Source: Naegleria gruberi (lineage: Eukaryota). Taken from it: 64,000 nucleotides of DNA. The first letter of the stretch is position 1; each line of letters opens with the position of its first letter. Both the position numbers and the translations under genes were made by a program. Positions 57,801-64,000 of this stretch are shown here, piece by piece. The stretch is from NCBI GenBank assembly GCA_000004985.1, contig GG738901.1. One strand, written 5' to 3'. The notes under the pieces are model-generated. The model saw nothing but the letters and a program-made list of their open reading frames with translations. It searched no databases and had not been told where the DNA came from.

Positions 57801-58881
57801 TTTAGAATAGACAACTGGATTTTGATTGTAAACTGAGATTACAACAATACCAGATGAAGTAGCAACACCATCTGAAATGGTATATTCAAACGAATCAGAA
57901 TATTTGGTATTGACACTACCACTTGTAATGTAAGTAATCTTCTTTTCACCAACATTGATAGCACCATAACCAGTACCCAAAGCACTTGTAATATTGAAAT
58001 CATCACCATTGATATCATAGTCATTAGCCAAAACATCCAAAACCAATGAACGGAATTTAGGAATTCTGTAAGTATCATCAACAGCAATTGGAGGATCGTT
58101 GGAGACAGTGACAGTAATTATAGAGCTCGAAGTGTCATAGCCATCAGAAATGGAATAGGCAAATTGTTCAACACCATTGAAACCATATGCAGGAGTATAA
58201 TAGAAACCATTAGCTGGATCAACAGAAATTGAACCAGTTTCAGCACTATTTCCACTAACAATAGTTTGATTAGTGAAAGAAACTGCTTGAATTAAATCAC
58301 CATTATCTGGATCATTAATCTTCTCATCATTATCACCAACATAATCAAAAATGTTGATTACTGAATTCTTGGCATTCTTACTGACAGTTACACGAATAGG
58401 AACGGCTTCTGGTGGACGATTCAAAACTTGAATAGTAACAGATGCATTTGCTGTCTTGTAACCATTAGTAATTTGATAACTGAAAGTGTCATTTCCAGCA
58501 AAAGTACCATTTGACTTGTAGAGAACTTGACTATTGGACTGAATTGAGGCTGAACCATGATTTGGATAGACAACAAATTGAACCAATGAAATGTTTGCTC
58601 CTTTAGGATCATAATCATTGGAAAGAACATTGATGGTCAATGGAATATTCTTGTAGGTGGAAGCTAAATCATTGACAGCAACTGGTCTTTGATAGGAAAT
58701 CAAGGACACCATCAAGATGGTGGCTACTGTGGAAGCAATAACCAAACCAGAGATGATAGCACCAATCTATTTGGTTTTTTAGAATATGCGAAAGATTATT
58801 CGAAACTTACGATTGTTTGACTAATAGTACCTCCTTTCTATTAAATAGGTTAGAGCGCAAGTGGAGTTTGAAATATTTCAT
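51826..58881 (-). CDS. Giant secreted adhesin-like protein (about 2,284 aa): signal peptide, about 20 tandem cadherin-like/VCBS-type repeats, C-terminal VWA domain with Cys-rich insert; 4 exons join(58881..58831,58766..52496,52434..52082,52005..51826)
   Basis: Exon 1 MKYFKLHLRSNLFNRKE. GTACTA..AATAG intron (64 nt). Exon 2 opens with the hydrophobic IGAIISGLVIASTVATILMVSLISYQ, then about 95-100-aa repeats with recurring P[PV]xAVDD ... (V/L)xxNDxDx[ND]GD motifs, then VWA start DFVFLLDASGSIG ... RDDADKVIF. GTAAGT..AATAG intron (61 nt, phase 1, codon A|TT giving ..VIFILTDG). Exon 3 is the Cys-rich insert (CSCGDCRNEY..CDYCSTSKSAYCLPCADA..). GTATGT..TATAG intron (76 nt). Exon 4 is KIVAMAVGSAMSNTWGARQIRGMNYDPARA..stop. 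All phases are consistent with ORFs 52458..58745 and 52031..52531. Confidence 0.75.
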
Positions 58882-60084
58882 TGTTATTTTTCGACATTAT
58901 TCACATATTATCCACATGGATTGTCAACTGACACTTACTAATAACGAAACGTTGAAACCAAGAGATTGCTTGGACGCAGTTGAAGATCCAATAATTTCTG
59001 GCATGGCTAATTTTTTTAAAGATGTGTAACAAAGCTGTCAATGGTTTGTTGGTTTTTATAACTAACTCATTCCAAATAATTAATGATTTCTGACATACCC
59101 TTAGAAGTGACATGACATTTTGACCCTTAAACTGGAATTTTAGAACTGAAAAATTGAACTGAAAATAAGAAATTGAATTTTCATTTTCAGACAATTACTT
59201 GCCTTGGAATTTTTCTAGTTTAAATAGAGTGCAAACAGTTAATATTAGATGTTCATTTCCCAAAGTATCAACATTAAAAGTAACTTGTAAAGCACTCACT
59301 GTATCGATGTGTATACAATGAAAGTACGAAACAACAACAATTAAGAACAATTTCTTGCAAACTATTCTACATAGCAAATGGTGTTAACAAACCGCCAAAA
59401 ACCGTTTTGCTGTAAATTTCAAAAGAAAAAATGGCTTAAAAGCTTGTGCTGGAAAAATATTGTTTGCTTTGGAAAGAACCTTAGTAAATATTGCTTTGGC
59501 AGTAGTGCTCACCATTTGGAGAAAGAACCTTAGAAAAAATTGTTTAAAGGGTTGCGAGGATGGCTGCTTTTTGATTGAACCAACAATAAGGATGAACAGA
59601 AGAGAGTATCCGAGTAATTTCGTCATACAAGTTTTTCATCATCCAATCAACCTTTTATAACAAACGGATAACTTCAACATCTTCATCACTGAATTATCCA
59701 AATTATCTTACTTCTTCTTTTCTTCACAAGAAGGCAATCATCACGATATTTACACTTCACCAACAACAATAATATTTTAGAAATTTTGTTTACATGTTTC
59801 CTTTATTATGATGATAGCAATCAACATCTTATGAAGATTAAATTTGAGTATTGGAGAACTTTTTGATACAAAACTCGTCAAAGTGACATCAACTATCCAC
59901 TTTCCTGATGAACGTGCTTGTGTGATCTTTCCTTGTTGCGAGCATGATGATAGACGACTCTTCAGCATCTACACTTCACTGCTGTCATCAATATGATTGA
60001 CAGGCGATGTAAAATCATTTGAAGGATGATGGGTTAGATTGATAAATTTTCACACATTAAAAAAACAAATCAACAAAACCACTA

Positions 60085-63000
60085 ATGTCTCAAGAAAACG
60101 ATAATATCGAAGTTGGTGACGAAAGCCAACGTCGTCGTAGAACAGCTCGTGGTGGCGCTGGTGCTGGAACCAAATCAGCAGCTTCAGCAACTCTCTTTAC
60201 AAAACTTGTTGATGCTCAATCAGATGAAAGTAACTGGAAAGTTTCAGGTGCCAACTTTATGTGGGTACCATGTAATGGTGAAGCACTTAATGCTTTCGAA
60301 GTTGGTGAAATTAAAGAACGTAAAGGAAAGGAAGTTGTTGTTGAAACAGAATCAGGTGATAAGAAGACACTCCCAATTGAAGAAGTTTTCCCAATGAATC
60401 CTCCAAAATTGACAGGTATTGAAGATATGGCTAGATTATCCCATCTGAATGAACCTTCTGTGCTTTTCAACTTGAAGAAGCGTTATGAAAGTGATAAAAT
60501 CTACACATACTCTGGTCTCTTTTTAGTTGCCGTCAATCCATACAAGAATTTACCAATCTATACTGATGAAATCATCAAGAAGCATAATGGTAAGAGACGT
60601 GAAGATGCTGAACCACACGTTTTCACAGTTGCAGATGTTGCTTATAGACAAATGTTACAAAATCAATTGAATCAATCCATGTTGGTTACAGGTGAATCAG
60701 GTGCTGGTAAAACTGAAAATACCAAGAAGATTATCCAATATTTGACTGCTACAGCTGGTGCTTCACATGGTGCTGGTAAATTAGAAAACCAATTGTTGCA
60801 AACCAATCCATTGTTGGAAGCTTTTGGTAACGCAAAGACACTTCGTAATAATAACTCATCTCGTTTTGGTAAATTCATTGAAGTTGACTTCAATGTAAGT
60901 GGTTATATTGCTGGTTGTAAGATTCAACACTACTTATTAGAAACAACAAGAGTTACTGCTCAAGCTGGTGATGAAAGAAATTTCCACTTCTTCTATCAAA
61001 TCCTTTCTGATGCTCAAGCTAGAAACAAGTATCACTTGACTAATGTTAACAGTTATGCCTATGTCTCTCAATCTGGTTGTACTTCTGTTCCAGGTATTAA
61101 TGATGCTATGGAATTCCAAGAAACATTGAAGGCCATGCGTATTATTGGTATCAGTGAAGATGAAATTGATGCTACTTGTAGAATTGTTGCTTCAATTCTC
61201 CATTTGGGTAATTGTAAATTTGTAAAGGATGATGAAGATTTATCCATGTTACCAGAACGTTCACCACTCAATACTGCTTCTGAATTATTGTGTGTTGATC
61301 CAGAAGGTTTGGCAAAGGGTTTCATGAAGCCAAACATTATTACTCCAACTGATATCATTGAAACTCACGTCAATGTTGCTCAAGCTGGTTTCAATAGATC
61401 TGCTTTAGTCAAGTCAATGTATAATCGTTTGTTCGACTGGTTAGTTCGTTCCATTAATCAATCTTTGACATCAAAGGAAAAGATTAAGAACTTTATTGGT
61501 GTCTTGGATATTGCTGGTTTCGAAATCTTTGAATTGAACAGTTTTGAACAATTGTGTATCAATTATACTAACGAAAAGTTGCAACAATTCTTCAATCACC
61601 ATATGTTCAAGAAGGAACAAGAAGAATACTTGAAGGAAAAGATTGAATGGAAGTTCATTGATTTTGGTTTGGACTTGCAACCAACTATTGACTTGATTGA
61701 AAAGCCATTGGGTATCTTGGCTATTTTGGACCAACAAACTTTCATGGCTCAACAATCTGAAGAAGGTTTGGTTCGTGAAATTAACAAGAATCATGGTACT
61801 AAGAAACAATTCAAGACTTCTCGTTTCAATGAAAAGGAATTCATCCTTTCTCACTATGCTGGTGATGTTCCATACAATGTTGTTCAATGGTTCACTAAGA
61901 ACGTTGATCCACTCAATGAAGATTGTAAATCAACTATGATTGCTTCTGGTAATACTTTGATTAAATCACTCTTTGATGTTCCAGGAGAAAGAACCAAGGC
62001 TAATGAAAAGAGATCTGTTGGTAGTGCTCGTTTCAAGACTGTTGCTACAAACTATAAGAATCAATTGAAGGATCTTATGGGATTGTTAGAATCAACTGAA
62101 CCTCACTTTATCCGTTGTATCAAACCAAACAATTTGCAAAAGCCAGCTATCATTGATGATCGTCTTGTTTTGCATCAATTGAAATGTAACGGTGTCTTGG
62201 AAGGTATTCGTATTGCTCGTAAGGGTTATCCAGGTCGTATTCCATATGCTGAATTCGTCAAACGTTATGATTTGTTGGTTGAAGATAAACGTTCTTTGGA
62301 ACAACAACCAAATCTCCGTGGTAAGGCTCAAGTCATTCTTGATTCTATCAAGTTTGAAGAAACCACTCAATATAAATTGGGTGCCACAAAGGTCTTCTTG
62401 AAGGCCTCACAAGAAGCTCTCATTGAAGAATATCGTGAAGCTCAAATTTCAAAGATTATTGGTGTTGCTCAAGCTGCTGCTTTAGCCGCTTATGAAAGAG
62501 TTGCTTATAAGAAGTTGCAAGGACGTTTGGTTTCTATCAAGTTGATCCAAAGAAACTTCCGTGCCTACTTGAAGCTCAAGAATTGGGGTTGGTGGCAATT
62601 AATTAACTTGACTCGTCCATATCTTAAGGAATTCTCAAGTGAACAAGTCACTAAGAAGTTGAAGGAAGATTTCGAACAACTCAAGAAGGATCTCGAAGGT
62701 GAAAAGGATTCTAAGAAGAAGCTTGAAACTGAAAAGAATGCTCTCGAACAATCTCGTAAGAAGCTCATTGATGACTTGGAAGAACAACGTAATCGTTTGG
62801 ATACCATGAATAATCACATGAACCAACTCGAAAAGGAGTTGAATGATAGAAAGAGAGAATTGGAACGTTCTCAAAAGGATAACGATGACAAGGACTCTGA
62901 AATCACTCGTAACACTCAAGCTATTGCTGCTCTTAACCAAGCTCAAAAGAAGCTCGAAGAAGCCATTCGTGATATGAAGAATGAAATTGAACAACGTGAA

Positions 63001-64000
63001 AAGATTATCAAATCTAAGGGTGGTGACTTGCAAAACAAGGATTTAGAAATTGAAACCTTGAACAAGAAGGCCAAGGATTTGGATAAGAGAATTGCTGATT
63101 TGGAAAATAATCTTGCTGATTCTCGTAATGAAATCAATAACAAGTCCAATGAAATTTCTAGACTCCAAATGGAGCTTTCTGACCAAGGTATTCAATTGGA
63201 AAATGAATCCAATAACCGTAAGGCTCGTGAAGAAGATTTGAAGAAGCGTGATAAGGACATCAAGGACTTGAAGAAGGAATTGACCGACTCTCAATTGGCT
63301 GGTGATCAATTGGATTCTGAATTGAAGAAGACCAAGAAGGAAAAGCAAGGTTTGGAAGAAGATTTGGACAAGCAAAAGAAGTCTGCTGATAACTTGCAAA
63401 GAAAGTTAACTGCTACTGAACAAAGTGCTCAAAACTTGTCCAACCAATTGGATGAAGAAACTCGTAAGAGACAAGGTGCTGAAAATAAGAATCGTTCACT
63501 CCAATCTGACTTGGATAATGCCAACTCCAAGGTTAATGATTTGGAAAACGCTGTTCATGACAGAGATGATTTGATTGCTCAACTTCAAGCTGAAATCAAC
63601 AAGCTCAAGCAAAGAATTGCTGATCTTGAATCTGAAAACCAAAAGCTTTTGGAACGTAACAAGGATCTCGAAAGAGAACTCTCTGATACCAAGTTCAGAA
63701 TGGATGAAGAGTTGAAGAACAAGAATAACGAAATTGATCGTTTGAAGAAGCTCTCTGAATCATCAAAGGATGAATTAACTCTCCAATTGAACAGAACCAA
63801 TGATGAAAAGAATGATCTCCTCAACAAGTTGAAGAAGGCTGATAAGGACTTGAAGAACTTGAAGAAGAACAAGGATGATCTTCAACAAGAAAAGGATGAT
63901 GCTGATAACCGTATCAGAAAGCTTGAATCTGACCTCAAGGAAAAGGAACAACAAGCTGATGCTCTTCAAAAGAAGATTGCTGACTTGGAAAATGAAGGTC
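60085..64000 (+). CDS. Myosin II heavy chain (conventional non-muscle myosin), 5' complete, truncated by the window end after about 1,305 codons; intron-free
   Basis: ATG at 60085 (MSQENDNIEVGD..). Motor motifs GESGAGKTENTKK (P-loop), NSSRFGKF (switch I), LDIAGFE (switch II). IQ region LIQRNFRAYLKLKNWGWWQL. Then a heptad coiled-coil tail to the window end. High similarity to Dictyostelium MhcA but not identical. Strong T/C-ending and GGT/GCT/CGT/AAG codon bias. Confidence 0.9.
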   Translation, partial: MSQENDNIEVGDESQRRRRTARGGAGAGTKSAASATLFTKLVDAQSDESNWKVSGANFMWVPCNGEALNAFEVGEIKERKGKEVVVETESGDKKTLPIEEVFPMNPPKLTGIEDMARLSHLNEPSVLFNLKKRYESDKIYTYSGLFLVAVNPYKNLPIYTDEIIKKHNGKRREDAEPHVFTVADVAYRQMLQNQLNQSMLVTGESGAGKTENTKKIIQYLTATAGASHGAGKLENQLLQTNPLLEAFGNAKTLRNNNSSRFGKFIEVDFNVSGYIAGCKIQHYLLETTRVTAQAGDERNFHFFYQILSDAQARNKYHLTNVNSYAYVSQSGCTSVPGINDAMEFQETLKAMRIIGISEDEIDATCRIVASILHLGNCKFVKDDEDLSMLPERSPLNTASELLCVDPEGLAKGFMKPNIITPTDIIETHVNVAQAGFNRSALVKSMYNRLFDWLVRSINQSLTSKEKIKNFIGVLDIAGFEIFELNSFEQLCINYTNEKLQQFFNHHMFKKEQEEYLKEKIEWKFIDFGLDLQPTIDLIEKPLGILAILDQQTFMAQQSEEGLVREINKNHGTKKQFKTSRFNEKEFILSHYAGDVPYNVVQWFTKNVDPLNEDCKSTMIASGNTLIKSLFDVPGERTKANEKRSVGSARFKTVATNYKNQLKDLMGLLESTEPHFIRCIKPNNLQKPAIIDDRLVLHQLKCNGVLEGIRIARKGYPGRIPYAEFVKRYDLLVEDKRSLEQQPNLRGKAQVILDSIKFEETTQYKLGATKVFLKASQEALIEEYREAQISKIIGVAQAAALAAYERVAYKKLQGRLVSIKLIQRNFRAYLKLKNWGWWQLINLTRPYLKEFSSEQVTKKLKEDFEQLKKDLEGEKDSKKKLETEKNALEQSRKKLIDDLEEQRNRLDTMNNHMNQLEKELNDRKRELERSQKDNDDKDSEITRNTQAIAALNQAQKKLEEAIRDMKNEIEQREKIIKSKGGDLQNKDLEIETLNKKAKDLDKRIADLENNLADSRNEINNKSNEISRLQMELSDQGIQLENESNNRKAREEDLKKRDKDIKDLKKELTDSQLAGDQLDSELKKTKKEKQGLEEDLDKQKKSADNLQRKLTATEQSAQNLSNQLDEETRKRQGAENKNRSLQSDLDNANSKVNDLENAVHDRDDLIAQLQAEINKLKQRIADLESENQKLLERNKDLERELSDTKFRMDEELKNKNNEIDRLKKLSESSKDELTLQLNRTNDEKNDLLNKLKKADKDLKNLKKNKDDLQQEKDDADNRIRKLESDLKEKEQQADALQKKIADLENEG

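Noticed and set aside
53021-58630. Numerous 60-130-aa ORFs on both strands inside the giant gene, and 60113..63969 ORFs inside myosin
   Set aside because: Alternative-frame artefacts of long repetitive or coiled-coil coding sequence.
1-64000. Apparent recurrence of TTCGAATA / TTTCGAA motifs across intergenic regions
   Set aside because: A rough expectation from base composition (about 20 TTCGAA per 64 kb) is close to what is seen. No positional pattern relative to genes.
1-64000. Prokaryotic-style systems (CRISPR arrays, toxin-antitoxin pairs, restriction-modification or defence islands, operons)
   Set aside because: The sequence is clearly eukaryotic (spliceosomal introns, Pol III tRNAs, signal-peptide proteins, myosin II). 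No direct-repeat/spacer arrays or co-directional short-spaced gene cassettes were found.

Overview
This 64-kb window is eukaryotic nuclear DNA, AT-rich and gene-dense, with about 30 protein-coding genes on both strands. I found no prokaryotic features: no operons, CRISPR arrays, Shine-Dalgarno patterning or defence cassettes.

The evidence that it is eukaryotic:
- Genes are split by short spliceosomal introns of about 40-65 nt, plus two of about 180-210 nt. The donors are GTAAGT, GTATGT, GTACGT and GTTTGT, and the acceptors are YAG.
- Four Pol III tRNA genes are present, each followed by a T-run: tRNA-Ser(AGA), tRNA-Lys(UUU), and two identical tRNA-Thr(AGU) copies with conserved flanks.
- Many proteins carry N/Q/S/T-rich low-complexity tracts.
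- An intron-free myosin II heavy chain gene runs off the 3' end of the window. It is clearly homologous to, but divergent from, Dictyostelium MhcA.

Together with the codon usage, this points to an amoebozoan of dictyostelid type. An early-diverging fungus is not excluded, so the organism call is an inference.

Genes I can recognise from the translations:
- Enzymes and transporters: PP2C phosphatase with a SAM-like insertion, gamma-glutamyl hydrolase, carboxylesterase type B, and a PQ-loop transporter.
- Conserved eukaryotic families: WIPI/Atg18 beta-propeller, EF-hand protein, PHO80-like cyclin, two SPRY-domain proteins, several F-box-like proteins (one with RNI-type LRRs), and a synapsin-domain ATP-grasp protein.
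- Regulators and secreted proteins: a multi-intron transcription factor with a fungal-type Zn2Cys6 zinc cluster and a possible divergent MACPF-like secreted protein.
- A five-exon receptor-like TKL kinase whose ectodomain is built of parallel beta-helix-type repeats.
- A giant (~2,280 aa) secreted protein with about 20 tandem cadherin-like/VCBS-type repeats (NDxDxDGD motif) followed by a VWA domain interrupted by a cysteine-rich insert.

The last two are the most unusual architectures here and the best candidates for undescribed biology. I found no mobile elements.

All splice junctions were inferred by eye from frame and phase consistency and consensus splice sites, and should be treated as models. 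Many ORF-track start coordinates begin at TTG/GTG, so I moved those starts to the first in-frame ATG.
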